Below, one piece after another: positions 20,424-30,944 of a DNA stretch of 64,000 bases (positions are counted from its first letter, which is position 1; every line of letters starts with the position of its first letter). The notes below the pieces were generated by a model, which saw only the letters and a list, made by a program, of their open reading frames with translations, made no database searches and was not told the DNA's origin. The DNA comes from Phycisphaerales bacterium. Lineage in GTDB: Bacteria > Planctomycetota > Phycisphaerae > WQYP01. The DNA lies in contig DAIDJN010000042.1 in the NCBI GenBank assembly GCA_027451365.1, positions 15,866 to 79,865 of the forward strand, in the 5' to 3' direction. Both the position numbers and the translations under genes were made by a program.

Positions 20424-21842
20424 ATGGTATTGACACTGCTTGCCAGCGAAAATCAGACGGCACTAAGAACCGGCCGCGACGTCTTTAATTATTTAGGTCC
20501 CCTGATCCATTGGATCAGCACGCCCACCGGCATAGTTGCTCTGTTTTTCATTGCGGTGGGGGGGTACTACTTCCTGTATGGTAAGCGCGGCGTGGAACTG
20601 ATGCTTTTCGTGGCATCTTTAACCGGAATGGTTGGATTTTTCCACAGCGTTTACCACAACAACACCCTGATTCCGGTGTTGCAGTCGTTTCGTTCCATCT
20701 GTAAACCGGCCTATGTCATCACGATAGGTCTGATGGCGGTGCGCTTTATCATTTCCTATGATTCGCTGCGATGGTCGCCCCCGCGAAAATCGGCGATGGC
20801 GTTTATGGCCTTGCAATTTATATTTTCGCTGCGACTTATTTTGGTGGCACCGGAACGGTCGTTTGGCACAATTTTACTCGACCTGATGCTCTTTTACGGT
20901 ATGTGGGAGCTGTTGCGGCGATCCATCACATCCGGCCGGGACATTGTCAATTATACCCTGGCATTGTTCGCCGGCGGCCTGGCTTTTTACGGCCTTTCGC
21001 TGATGGAAATTGTGCTTGGCAACATTCACCACATTGTTTTTGTGGGACGATTCTGCGGCATTTCCCAAAATCCGCAGTTCACCGGGGAAGTCACCGCCAT
21101 TCTTATTATTTGCGCCAATTTCATCATTATTTCCGGCTATTCACGTGCGTGGCAGAAGACCGTCGCATTAAGTGGTGCCTGTCTGATGCTTCCCTTCATG
21201 CTTTGGACCGGCTCGCGTACGGCAATGGGCATGTGTGCGCTTGGACTGCTGATTCTCTATCGGATTTCGATTCGCCGCTGGGCGGTGTTCGCAGTGGTGG
21301 GTGGTGTGACATACGAATTGTATACACACTATTTCCGCACCGGTGCCCAGGCTATAACCCACCTGATTTCCAGCGAAAACGACCGCAGTGCGGAATGGAG
21401 CAAGGGCCTGGCGGTTTTCTCGCAGCATCCGATTCTGGGTGTCGCATCGGCACAATCATTGGTGGAAAGCTCATTTATCGTAATCTTATACACTCTGGGA
21501 AGTGTCGGCATCATCATGCTGGTTGTGGTGGCCTATACCACCGCCCGCGAAGTAATCACCGTTTTTCGGCACAGGAACGTAGTGGACCCGGAATTGCAAA
21601 AAGCGGTGGAGTTTGCCTGCGCAATCCTGATCGCGTCGGCGGCGGGCATGACCTTCGATGCATATCTGATTGCGGCCGCCACCACGCAAGCGGTTATTTC
21701 CTGGTTCAGCCTTGCCCTGCTTTCCGTGGCATATGAAGCGGTACAGGCGCGGCTCACCGGCGTGATGGCGGCGGCTCCGAGCGCGGCAAGCCCCGCGGCA
21801 ATAGGCATTCCGGGCAATGCCGCCCTGCCTGGCGCAAGTTGA
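20424..21842 (+). CDS. O-antigen ligase/polymerase (Wzy_C-like) polytopic membrane protein
   Basis: About 12 TM segments; RFCGISQNP, TGSRTAM, and RSAEW...HPILGV loop typical of the family. Confidence 0.75.
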   Translation: MVLTLLASENQTALRTGRDVFNYLGPLIHWISTPTGIVALFFIAVGGYYFLYGKRGVELMLFVASLTGMVGFFHSVYHNNTLIPVLQSFRSICKPAYVITIGLMAVRFIISYDSLRWSPPRKSAMAFMALQFIFSLRLILVAPERSFGTILLDLMLFYGMWELLRRSITSGRDIVNYTLALFAGGLAFYGLSLMEIVLGNIHHIVFVGRFCGISQNPQFTGEVTAILIICANFIIISGYSRAWQKTVALSGACLMLPFMLWTGSRTAMGMCALGLLILYRISIRRWAVFAVVGGVTYELYTHYFRTGAQAITHLISSENDRSAEWSKGLAVFSQHPILGVASAQSLVESSFIVILYTLGSVGIIMLVVVAYTTAREVITVFRHRNVVDPELQKAVEFACAILIASAAGMTFDAYLIAAATTQAVISWFSLALLSVAYEAVQARLTGVMAAAPSAASPAAIGIPGNAALPGAS

Positions 21843-21996
21843 TCCACAGTTCCACGATGCGGCGATTCCGTATCGCCCGGCAGTTGCGAGTGAATGCAAC
21901 GGTCTGGCGGCTCTTCAAGGTCGACGATTTCGGCGGGCCGGTGTGCCACAACTGAATAGGTCATGCACCCCCCGCGGGGCGCAATTGGGGGACACG

Positions 21997-22027
21997 ATTG
22001 TAAAACTCTGATTTCCCGCGTTACAAT
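21997..22027 (+). promoter_or_regulatory. Putative sigma-70 promoter of guaA (TTGTAA-18-TACAAT), itself an inverted repeat
   Basis: ATTGTAA-N17-TTACAAT; the -10 ends 6 nt before ATG 22034. Confidence 0.5.
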
Positions 22028-22033
22028 TGCCCC

Positions 22034-23614
22034 ATGAAACAAGAACAGCCCATGACAGAACAAACCCTTCCCATACTGGACTTTGGTTCGCAATATGTCC
22101 AGCTTATAGCCCGTCGTGTCCGCGAAGCGGGCGTGCAGGCTCTGCTTGTGCCGCCTGATATTTCCGTCGATCAGCTTCGGACGATGAATCCCGTGGGACT
22201 GATTCTTTCGGGAGGGCCTTCCAGTGTGTATGAGGCCGGAGCCCCGCGCTGCGACCCAACTATTTTTAATTTGAACATTCCGGTTCTGGGAATCTGTTAT
22301 GGAATGCAGATAGCCGCCCAATTGCTGGGCGGGCAGGTGCGGCCGGGGCAGGCCGGTGAATACGGTGCCACACGGCTGAACACCGCCCGAGATCCGCAGG
22401 CCGCCGCGATGGTGGCGGATTTATTTGCCGGTGTGCCGGAACAGACCACCGTCTGGATGAGCCACGGCGACCAGGTACGAGACCTGGGGCCGGATTTTGT
22501 GCCGCTGGCATCCACCGATGTCTGCCCGCTGGCGGCGATGCGGCACAAAACCAAACCGTTTTTTGGAGTGCAGTTTCATCCGGAGGTCACGCATACCCCG
22601 TATGGCATGAAAATTCTTGAAAATTTTCTTTACCGGGTCTGTCATGCGGCGGGGACCTGGCGAATGGGAAATTTTGTGGAAATTGCCATGGACAAAATCC
22701 GTCGGCAGGTGGGAACGGGCCGGGTGGTCTGCGGGCTTTCCGGAGGCGTGGATTCGGCGGTGGCCGCGGCACTGCTGCACCGCGCCATCGGCAATCAATT
22801 AAGCTGTATTTTTGTGGACAACGGCCTGCTGCGGAAAAATGAACGGCAGAATGTGGAAAGCACTTTCCGCGATCATTTCCGAATTGACCTTCGCGTGGTG
22901 GATGCGACGGCCGAATTTCTGGATGCTTTGGCCGGTGTCACCGAACCGCAAAAGAAAAGAACGATTATCGGCAAAGCGTTCATTGATGTATTTAAACGGG
23001 CCTCCGCGGATATCCCCGATGCGCGATTTTTAGCCCAGGGGACGCTGTACCCGGATGTGATCGAAAGCGGGCATGGTTATGCCCGAACGGCGGCGAATAT
23101 CAAGCTGCATCACAACGTGGGCGGCCTGCCGGCGGAGTTGGGCTTTGAACTTGTTGAACCTCTGCGAGATCTGTTTAAGGATGAAGTGCGGCGGCTGGGC
23201 GAGGTGCTCGGACTGCCGGAGCATATGGTATGGCGGCATCCATTTCCCGGCCCGGGGCTGGCGGTTCGCATCATCGGCGATATTACGCGTGAGAAGCTTG
23301 AACTCCTTCGACAGGCGGATGAGATTTTCCTGGAGGAACTGATCGCTGCGGGACTTTACCGGTCCACGGCCCAGACTTTTGCGGTGTTGTTGCCGGTGCA
23401 AAGCGTGGCGGTGATGGGAGATGGCCGCAGTTATAAACCGGTAATTGGTCTGCGCAGCGTGGATTCCACCGATTTTATGACCGCGGACTGGAGCCGGCTG
23501 CCCTATGATGTTCTAGCGCGAGCGAGCGGTCGGATTGTGAACGAAATTCGCGGCGTAAGCCGCGTGGTGTATGATATCACCAGCAAACCGCCCGGAACGA
23601 TTGAATGGGAATAA
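22034..23614 (+). CDS. guaA: GMP synthase (glutamine-hydrolysing)
   Basis: [55 protein letters not shown]; alternative start 22052. Confidence 0.97.
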   Translation: MKQEQPMTEQTLPILDFGSQYVQLIARRVREAGVQALLVPPDISVDQLRTMNPVGLILSGGPSSVYEAGAPRCDPTIFNLNIPVLGICYGMQIAAQLLGGQVRPGQAGEYGATRLNTARDPQAAAMVADLFAGVPEQTTVWMSHGDQVRDLGPDFVPLASTDVCPLAAMRHKTKPFFGVQFHPEVTHTPYGMKILENFLYRVCHAAGTWRMGNFVEIAMDKIRRQVGTGRVVCGLSGGVDSAVAAALLHRAIGNQLSCIFVDNGLLRKNERQNVESTFRDHFRIDLRVVDATAEFLDALAGVTEPQKKRTIIGKAFIDVFKRASADIPDARFLAQGTLYPDVIESGHGYARTAANIKLHHNVGGLPAELGFELVEPLRDLFKDEVRRLGEVLGLPEHMVWRHPFPGPGLAVRIIGDITREKLELLRQADEIFLEELIAAGLYRSTAQTFAVLLPVQSVAVMGDGRSYKPVIGLRSVDSTDFMTADWSRLPYDVLARASGRIVNEIRGVSRVVYDITSKPPGTIEWE

Positions 23615-23733
23615 GCCCGGCAATCCGGGATGGTCCGGGTAAAATTGCCATCAAAGGTCGCGTGGAATAGAAGTTCGCGGGTGCGGCATCACAGCGTGGG
23701 CATCCGGAAAAAGGTTCACCCAATGCAGGCGTC

Positions 23734-24168
23734 ATGACCGACCATCATTTACAGATTCACCCGCATGATGTGGGGCTGCCTACCGCGCTGGTGCGCAAAC
23801 GCAAGCGTTTCAGATTCATCGGCTATTTGATGCTGGCGCTGGCGGTGCTGACTGGGTTGCCGGGCTGGTTTTTTTACGGCGTGTCAATTCTGGGCGCGTT
23901 TACCATCAGCAATTTTACGTTATGGCAGGCGATTGTGGCCTATTCACTGCTGATTGTTTCCAGCATGACACTGCTGCTGGGACTTTGGTACCTGCTGCTT
24001 GCGCAAATGCGCCGTCTGGCCCGGGTGGTGGAAGGCCATGAAAATCCGGATTCCCCGCCGCCGGATTCCCCGCCGCGGCGCTGCGGCAATTGCGGCTGGC
24101 CAATGGATGCCCCCGACCGCTTCTGCCGGCATTGCGGCAAACCCGGTTCCGGGGCGCCATCAGATTAA
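23734..24168 (+). CDS. Small membrane protein with C-terminal zinc ribbon
   Basis: Two TM helices, then CGNC-x9-FCRHCG. Confidence 0.72.
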   Translation: MTDHHLQIHPHDVGLPTALVRKRKRFRFIGYLMLALAVLTGLPGWFFYGVSILGAFTISNFTLWQAIVAYSLLIVSSMTLLLGLWYLLLAQMRRLARVVEGHENPDSPPPDSPPRRCGNCGWPMDAPDRFCRHCGKPGSGAPSD

Positions 24169-25176
24169 TCCGCTGGTTTCCGGCAATCCGAACATGATAT
24201 TCAAATTCTGCACGGCCTGACCGCTGGCCCCTTTTACCATATTGTCCAGTGCGGTAACGACCACAAACCGGCCGTTGTAAACTCGGACGGCAATATCGGC
24301 AAAATTGGTGTTTGCCACAAATTTTGTGCTCGGGAGATTGCCTTCGCGCAGCCGCACAAACGGTTCATTTTTATAGGCCGAGGCGAACGCGTGCTGAGCA
24401 TCCGCCAGCGCCATTCCGGGCTTGGGCTTAAGGTAAATGGTTTCCAGAATGCCCCGGTCCATTGGAATCAGATGCGGCACGAAAAGCAGCAGCACCGGCT
24501 GACCGGCGATGGCTTCGATGGTGTGCTGAATTTCCGGCGCATGCCGGTGGGTGCCAATGCTGTAGGCTTCAAACGCTTCGTTGCGTTCGGGAAAATGATG
24601 CTGTTGCGAAGGCGTTCGACCCGCGCCGGAAATGCCCGACGCGGCATTGATAATTATATCATCAGGTTCGACGATGCCCGTATTGACCAGCGGCGCAACG
24701 CCCAGTATGCCCGCTGTTGGATAACATCCCGGATTGCTCACCAGCCGGGCCGATTTTATGGCTGGTCGAAAGAATTCCGGCAGGCCGTAGACCGCATGCG
24801 TCAGGTTGGCCGCATCCACATGTGCGTGTTTGTACCATTTTTCATAGACCGCGGTATCTTTCAGCCGGTAATCCGCGGATAAATCAATCACACGCACGCC
24901 CGCGGCCAGCAGCGGCGGAACATGTTCCATGGCGGTCAGGTGCGGCAGGCAAAGCAGAGCCACATCGGCGTGCCGGGCAATCGCGGCGGGATCAAACGGA
25001 CTGATGGGCAGATCCAGCCGACCGAGGAGTTCCGGAAACAGATCGCTGATCGGTTGCTCGGCCTTGCGGCTGGCCAGCCAAGTGATGTGTGCGTGGGGAT
25101 GCCGCAGCAGCCACCGGATGCATTCCAATGATGTGTAGCCGGTGGCTCCAACAATTGCGACCCGTATTTCAGCCAT
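24160..25176 (-). CDS. argC: N-acetyl-gamma-glutamyl-phosphate reductase
   Basis: GATGYT, DLSADYR, NPGCYPT, SGISGAG, HRHAPE, DNMVKGASGQAVQN. Confidence 0.96.
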   Translation of the reverse strand: MAEIRVAIVGATGYTSLECIRWLLRHPHAHITWLASRKAEQPISDLFPELLGRLDLPISPFDPAAIARHADVALLCLPHLTAMEHVPPLLAAGVRVIDLSADYRLKDTAVYEKWYKHAHVDAANLTHAVYGLPEFFRPAIKSARLVSNPGCYPTAGILGVAPLVNTGIVEPDDIIINAASGISGAGRTPSQQHHFPERNEAFEAYSIGTHRHAPEIQHTIEAIAGQPVLLLFVPHLIPMDRGILETIYLKPKPGMALADAQHAFASAYKNEPFVRLREGNLPSTKFVANTNFADIAVRVYNGRFVVVTALDNMVKGASGQAVQNLNIMFGLPETSGLI

Positions 25177-25406
25177 GGGTGGTTCCTCGGTGATTCCTGC
25201 AAAAACTCCGGCGGCAGTCTGATGGCAGACCATCGGCGGGCCGACGCACAAAGTATACACGGGTCCGATGCCAGCGCGACGGACGCCTGTGGTGTTAATA
25301 ATAGCACGATTCCGAGCCGGTGCACCGCATAGGGGCCCGAATTCCATCCCGCCGCGCCGCCGATTAAGTGGACGCGGGTGGGCAACCTGGAATCGGGCGG
25401 AACATG

Positions 25407-26900
25407 TTACGGCAACGGAACATTTTTGAAGGTGAATGGAACATGCAGCGTTTTTTGTCCGGTTACCACGGTTATAATCAGGCGGGTCGGCTTCCCGATC
25501 ATGCCATTATTGTTAAAGAAGCCGAAGTTGTATTGAAATTGTGTCGGGCCACCACCACCACCGGCCATATTTCCGGAAAGCTTGTGTCCAGTCTTATCTT
25601 CCAGCGTATAGCAACTGGAATTTTCCAGCGAATTTACAATTGCCTGCTGGTTGGGCGCCAGAACATTGCCGGCAACGCTCCGGGCGGGGCCAAAGCTGAC
25701 CTGAATCTGATATTGATTCTGATTCAACAGCATGAAATTTCCGATTTTAATCCGGATTCCTCCAACGTCATGTTTCTGAGCTTTATGCAAATGGCTGAAA
25801 ACCAGCGATTTAGTGCCGATTCCCACAGTGACGGTAATTTTTCCTTTCAGCAATGCGAGTGTTTTGCCCATGTGCGGGACGGCATTCAGGTTTCCGGATA
25901 AATTGAAAACGCCGGAGTTTGCGTTCCAGTAGCCGCCATAATAAAAGGCCTGTCCACCCGCGTTGGGCACCAGCAGCGAATGGCCCAGATTGTCTTTGGC
26001 AACCGTCATGACGACCATATTGTTTACATTCATGACTCGCAGCGTCGGGTCGGCCGCCATTATCATGGATACCATTAACTGATGTGTGATCTGCGGACGG
26101 GAATTGTTAAAGCTGACCATTTTATGGTAATCGATCTGATCGATTGTCGTCAGAAATGAACCGTCAAAATCGACCGGGTTGTGCACGTTCAACCCGCCCG
26201 GTGCGGCCAGCACGTTGCTCATGTTGTTGTAGTTGAACTGTGAAGGGGAAATATTGGTCTGCCGGGCCAAAGACCACAGCACGCGCAGCAGCGGTTCATT
26301 GTGGGCGTGCAGTGTAACCTGGCGGCCCGCCTGCTGCTGAAATAAATTCGGTGGCCATTCGCTGAATGTGATTCCCGCAGTGCGGGCGACTTTGTCAAAT
26401 GCGGTTTCGGGAGAAACATGTTTGAGTTCCAGCGTAATCAGCTTGCCGGAAAGCAGCCGCTGGTTATTGAGGGCATAAATCACTGCCCGCATTTCATGGC
26501 GCATTTCCGGAGTTGTCAGGCCATTGAGCGCCTTTTTGACAGCTGGCCGGACGATTTCCCCGGCCGCGATCAACCGCTTTTTAGCGGATTGCCGCTTCCG
26601 GTATCGCTGCGAGGTCAGGTCTTCGATCCACTGGTGAATCTGGGCAGGTGTGGGTGGCGCACCGGAGCCAGCGGTGGCGACAACAGTTTTGACCGGTGCG
26701 GCGGATTCTGTTTTATCCCGATTGGAACCGCCAGTTTTGGCTTTTTCGGCCTCCATCACGGCTTTAGCCTGTTGGGCCGCCTGCGCTGCCTCCGTGGCTT
26801 GAGCAGGCACCGCGGTCTGCTGCGCGGCGGCGGGAATGGCCGCCGCACCGCTGATTATCAATAACGCAGCCACTGATTTAAAAGGTAATCTCAATCGCAT
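25407..26900 (-). CDS. Secreted hypothetical protein (HEAT-like helical segment, STN-like segment, beta-rich C-terminus ending PFTFKNVPLP)
   Basis: Signal peptide, Ala/Gln linker, long ORF with plausible RBS. Confidence 0.75.
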   Translation of the reverse strand: MRLRLPFKSVAALLIISGAAAIPAAAQQTAVPAQATEAAQAAQQAKAVMEAEKAKTGGSNRDKTESAAPVKTVVATAGSGAPPTPAQIHQWIEDLTSQRYRKRQSAKKRLIAAGEIVRPAVKKALNGLTTPEMRHEMRAVIYALNNQRLLSGKLITLELKHVSPETAFDKVARTAGITFSEWPPNLFQQQAGRQVTLHAHNEPLLRVLWSLARQTNISPSQFNYNNMSNVLAAPGGLNVHNPVDFDGSFLTTIDQIDYHKMVSFNNSRPQITHQLMVSMIMAADPTLRVMNVNNMVVMTVAKDNLGHSLLVPNAGGQAFYYGGYWNANSGVFNLSGNLNAVPHMGKTLALLKGKITVTVGIGTKSLVFSHLHKAQKHDVGGIRIKIGNFMLLNQNQYQIQVSFGPARSVAGNVLAPNQQAIVNSLENSSCYTLEDKTGHKLSGNMAGGGGGPTQFQYNFGFFNNNGMIGKPTRLIITVVTGQKTLHVPFTFKNVPLP

Positions 26901-27202
26901 CTGGCACCTCACAACGGGCTACCGCACTTCGAATAAATACCCCTGCATGCCGGAATATCGCACGGTTCGACTATTCCGCAGCATTCACTTCTGAATAAGA
27001 TGGCACCAGTTATAACGTGGGATTCTGGTTTTGTCTGCCATTGGGCCGGGCTTCTGCTTGAACGGCACCGTTGCGGTTCCCGACCCGGCTTTGTCACCAG
27101 TAGCCAGCGATTAAGCACGGCACGCCGGATTGTCATAAGTCCTGTTTGGCGTTACAACAGATTGCGGCGGTTGCGAGTGTCCGCAATGATTTGAGAAAAA
27201 CC

Positions 27203-27601
27203 ATGACTGAAAAGCCCCATCTGCTGGCCATCGTACTTTGCGAACGGGTCACGTTCGACATGCTTGCCCGGCGTTACGCCCTGTTTGGCGTTTCACCTGC
27301 GATTGCCTTTAACCGGTTTCCGGCGGTATTGCCCCCATTCTTCGGTTACGCCGCGGTATCCGATATTCGATCTCAGGCGCAGGCCACAATGCGCATAATG
27401 GATGCCGAAGGAAATGTGATTTTCGCGCCGCCGGTCAATGTGGCCCTCAACGATACCGACCCGCTGGCCGAGGGAGAAATTGTTGTTCCGTTCATGAATG
27501 TCCGGGTGGAAAAATCCGGTGATTATTTCGTGCAACTGGTGATTGATGGCGAACCAATCGGTGACCGCAGACTGCGGGTCCGCCATATTGTGACGCCGTA
27601 A
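27203..27601 (+). CDS. Hypothetical beta-sandwich protein (DUF6941-like)
   Basis: AIVLCE...GDYFVQLVIDGEPI pattern; family recognised by eye only. Confidence 0.65.
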   Translation: MTEKPHLLAIVLCERVTFDMLARRYALFGVSPAIAFNRFPAVLPPFFGYAAVSDIRSQAQATMRIMDAEGNVIFAPPVNVALNDTDPLAEGEIVVPFMNVRVEKSGDYFVQLVIDGEPIGDRRLRVRHIVTP

Positions 27602-27773
27602 ATTGCCATCGGGACCAACTGTCCGGCAACTGGCCCCGAACGCAGACGCGGATTGCACCGGTCAAATGCCCGCCGCGGGGAAATCGATCATGGCACGGAT
27701 GAAAGCAGCCGATAGCGGGGTATTCCGATTCAGCAAATTGAAAGGTACGCCCGAAAGTCCCGACCAATATAAT

Positions 27774-28643
27774 ATGGAAAGTCATGATTTCATATTTCCG
27801 ACATTGGCGGAACCATCCGTACCGCTGAGGTCCGGAAATTCGCGGCAAATCCGCCCGCTGCGGCTTGGCGTGGTCATTCCCTGTCACAGCGATGCGGATC
27901 TGCTGCATCCGTGCCTCGTCAGCTTGGGTGCTGAACTGGGCCACCAGGACCGGGTGGTGGTGGTGAATTCCACAGGCGACTGCTTTACCGCAGCTGTTGC
28001 GCGGGAATTGAATGTGCATTGCATGATTCCGTCAAGTCCGACTCGCGGGCTGGCGATTGCGGCTGGTGTACTGGAAATCTTTGGCGAACCTCGGTCCAGC
28101 CGCCCGGCGCTGGCGGGCCGTCTTAATCAAACAATGGCCTCGCCCCGGCCAGACCTGTTGCTGATAGCTCATGCGGATATGGTTTTTCCGCAGGGCTGGC
28201 GTGGCCGGCTTGAATCGGCCATCGCGGGGAATCCGGAGCTTGGATGGGGTGCCTTTGGCCATGTCATTGCCGATGCCCGAAGCCGTTTTCGACTGCTGGA
28301 AGCCGGCAACACATGGCGGGCCGCTTATTGGCACATTCCATTCGGCGACCAGGCGATGTTTCTGCGATCGCGTGTGCTGGAGTCCATAGGCGGATTTCCA
28401 GTTCAGGAAAAGTATGAAGACCTGGAACTTGCTCTGCGACTCAAGGCCATCGGACCGCCACTTATTCTCGATTGCCCGGTTACCACTGGCGCACGGCACT
28501 GGCGCAGCGGCTCGAGCCTGCGAACATTCCGAAACTGGTGCATTCTGGCCGGCTACCGGGCCGGCTGGTTGAAGGCCGGCTCAACGAAGCCAGGTGCTGT
28601 TCCACCGCGTGAATTGCCTGTTTTGAAAGACTGCCAAGCGTGA
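27774..28643 (+). CDS. GT2 glycosyltransferase, TIGR04283-like (rSAM/selenodomain-associated transferase 2)
   Basis: VVIP, LLIAHAD, PFGDQAMF, GGFP...EDLEL, TGARHW; start uncertain (ORF open from 27603). Confidence 0.8.
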   Translation: MESHDFIFPTLAEPSVPLRSGNSRQIRPLRLGVVIPCHSDADLLHPCLVSLGAELGHQDRVVVVNSTGDCFTAAVARELNVHCMIPSSPTRGLAIAAGVLEIFGEPRSSRPALAGRLNQTMASPRPDLLLIAHADMVFPQGWRGRLESAIAGNPELGWGAFGHVIADARSRFRLLEAGNTWRAAYWHIPFGDQAMFLRSRVLESIGGFPVQEKYEDLELALRLKAIGPPLILDCPVTTGARHWRSGSSLRTFRNWCILAGYRAGWLKAGSTKPGAVPPRELPVLKDCQA

Positions 28644-29482
28644 ACGATAGCGCTCGTGAACCTGATCTCTCCTGGCCGTGCGATCGGCCTATGCGCATCG
28701 CCCTGGTGCTGGTGGCCAAAGCGGCGGTAAGTGGCCGCGTAAAAACGCGGCTTATTTCTCCACTTGTTTCCGCCCAGCAGGCGGCAGATGTCCAGATCGC
28801 GTTTTTAAAATTTTTGCGCAACCTGGTGGAAACATTGGCAGAGTCCGGCTCACATCGGTTCCCACAAGCCGCGGTCGGGGCGGCACCGCAACTGTCCATG
28901 GCCAATACCGTCTGTACCGACGATTTCGTCATTCAACCGTTGCTGTTTATCGATCCCCTTGGCCAGCCGCGGGAACAGTTCGACTGGCCGGGATGGCGGA
29001 CCATTTTTCAGCCGCCGGGCGACCTGGGCGATCGCATGCGCTTTTGCGCCCAGGTGTGCCTTGCTGAAAAGGCGGACGCGATGATTTTTATCGGAGTGGA
29101 TTCGGTCCATCTGAATCTGGCCTTACTCCGGTGGATGGCGCAAGATCTGCTGAAATCCCAAGCCGTAATGCTGCCCGCCCATGACGGTGGTTATGTCGCA
29201 CTGGGCCTTCGGCCTGAAGCGTTACCGCTGCTGGATAATATTGCGTGGGGAAGCGCCCTGGTTTGTCGGCAAACCCTGGACCGGGCGGTCAACCTTCGCA
29301 TCGCGCTATCCATAGGCGATCAACTGCCGGATGTGGACACGCCGGACGATTTGCGCCTTGTCATGGCCGCCATGGCCTCCCGTCAGGACAACGCGGCCCG
29401 GGAACTCTATACTTGTCTGCGGTCAATGATGATTGCAACGCATTCAGGAGACACAGGACATGATGAATCCCGAAACGACTAA
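28640..29482 (+). CDS. TIGR04282/DUF2064-like transferase
   Basis: AKxxxxGRVKTRL, GDLGDRM, IGVD, PAHDGGY, DVDTPDDL; GTG start overlaps the previous stop. Confidence 0.85.
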   Translation: MNDSAREPDLSWPCDRPMRIALVLVAKAAVSGRVKTRLISPLVSAQQAADVQIAFLKFLRNLVETLAESGSHRFPQAAVGAAPQLSMANTVCTDDFVIQPLLFIDPLGQPREQFDWPGWRTIFQPPGDLGDRMRFCAQVCLAEKADAMIFIGVDSVHLNLALLRWMAQDLLKSQAVMLPAHDGGYVALGLRPEALPLLDNIAWGSALVCRQTLDRAVNLRIALSIGDQLPDVDTPDDLRLVMAAMASRQDNAARELYTCLRSMMIATHSGDTGHDESRND

Positions 29483-30266
29483 AGCTCCGGCGGAAATCGC
29501 GAATCCTGATCGGCCCCTGGCGGGCAAAATGGCTCTGGTGACCGGTGCCAGCGCTGGAATCGGAATGGCTACCGCGGATCGTCTGGCCCGTCTGGGCGCG
29601 GCGGTGGTGGTCAGCGCTCGCCGCAAGGATCGGCTGGCAGGGCTTGTGGCGCACATCGTGCGGACGGGCGGCGCTGCCCTGGCGGTGGAAGCGGACGCCG
29701 CGGACAATGCCGCCATAGACATGTTGCTGTCCACCGCGGACGAATGGGCAAAAAAGATCGGCCACCTGGCAGCCATTGTGGTGGTGAATGCGGGTCGCGG
29801 ACTGGTTGGCGGCCTGACCAACAGCGATGAATCGCAGTGGGAATATCTATATAAGCTGAATGTTCTGGGTGCCGCACACCTGATGCGGCGAGCCGCCCTG
29901 CAATTCATGGCGCAAAAACAGGGAGATATTGTGGTGGTGGGTTCTGTTTCCGGCCACAACATTTCGCCCTTCAGCGGTTTGTACGGCTCGACCAAATGGG
30001 CGATTGCGGGCGCGGCCGAGGCGCTGCGGCGCGAAGTTTGCGGGCATGGCGTGCGTGTGACCACCATTAAACCCGGAATTGTGGAAAGCGAATTTCAGAA
30101 TGTGGCCGGTTACACGGATGAAAATTTTACCAAACTCATCAAGCATTTCGGCCAGACACTAAGCGCGCCGGACGTGGCCAATGCCATTGGCTTCGTGGTA
30201 TCACAACCGCGGCACGTGCATATTAATGAGCTTGTGATACGTCCGACCGGACAGGATTATCCGTAG
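29460..30266 (+). CDS. SDR family oxidoreductase (YdfG-like)
   Basis: TGASAGIG, NAG, YGSTK catalytic motif, QPRHVHINEL. Confidence 0.92.
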   Translation: MMNPETTKAPAEIANPDRPLAGKMALVTGASAGIGMATADRLARLGAAVVVSARRKDRLAGLVAHIVRTGGAALAVEADAADNAAIDMLLSTADEWAKKIGHLAAIVVVNAGRGLVGGLTNSDESQWEYLYKLNVLGAAHLMRRAALQFMAQKQGDIVVVGSVSGHNISPFSGLYGSTKWAIAGAAEALRREVCGHGVRVTTIKPGIVESEFQNVAGYTDENFTKLIKHFGQTLSAPDVANAIGFVVSQPRHVHINELVIRPTGQDYP

Positions 30267-30944
30267 CGCCGCGGAACGGCATCAATCACTTGCGAGTTAC
30301 ATCATGCGCAATCTGGTCATGATTTTATTTTATGCGGGGCATGCCCTGACATGAAGGATCGCACGCGGAGAGGAAATCTCCTGCCGTGGATCCCAAGGTT
30401 TTCTCTGCTTAAGTGGATGGCATTCGTGATAGTTCCTGGACTTCCGAATATCGGGACCGTGGATTTTGTCCGTGAGGATATTGTTCCGCCACCTGGTTTC
30501 CCGCCTTATCAGCGTGGCATGATGACATCCAGCGATGGTGCGAACTTCAGCAAGGCAATGCCGGCGCGGGTTTGTGCGGTGATTGATGGTCTGGAGATGG
30601 CTTTCGCAGGCCGTGAATTGCCGATTCCGAACAAAACCGCATCCGGTCCGGTGATTCCATAATACGGTGTTATGGGACGAACTCGTAATGCCTACGGATT
30701 GCGCTAATATATATATGTTTTGCGCTATTTTATACTTGTGTCTGTAATTTGTTTAGATTATTTTAAAATGTCGTCGGTTGGGTCATCCGGCCAACTTAAG
30801 GTTCGTTGCCTTAGGAGTCGGGTGCCCCTTACGCGGGTGTTGTTTGGGCGGAAACGCCGTCCGCGGCTGACATTGAGCGGCGAAAAACAAATCATTTGAG
30901 CAGCGGATACGTAAGATCGGCAACGATCGCGATACGTAAGGAGC

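Noticed and set aside
30351..30662. 103-aa ORF in the accessory islet
   Set aside because: No motif or convincing RBS; not supportable as a gene.
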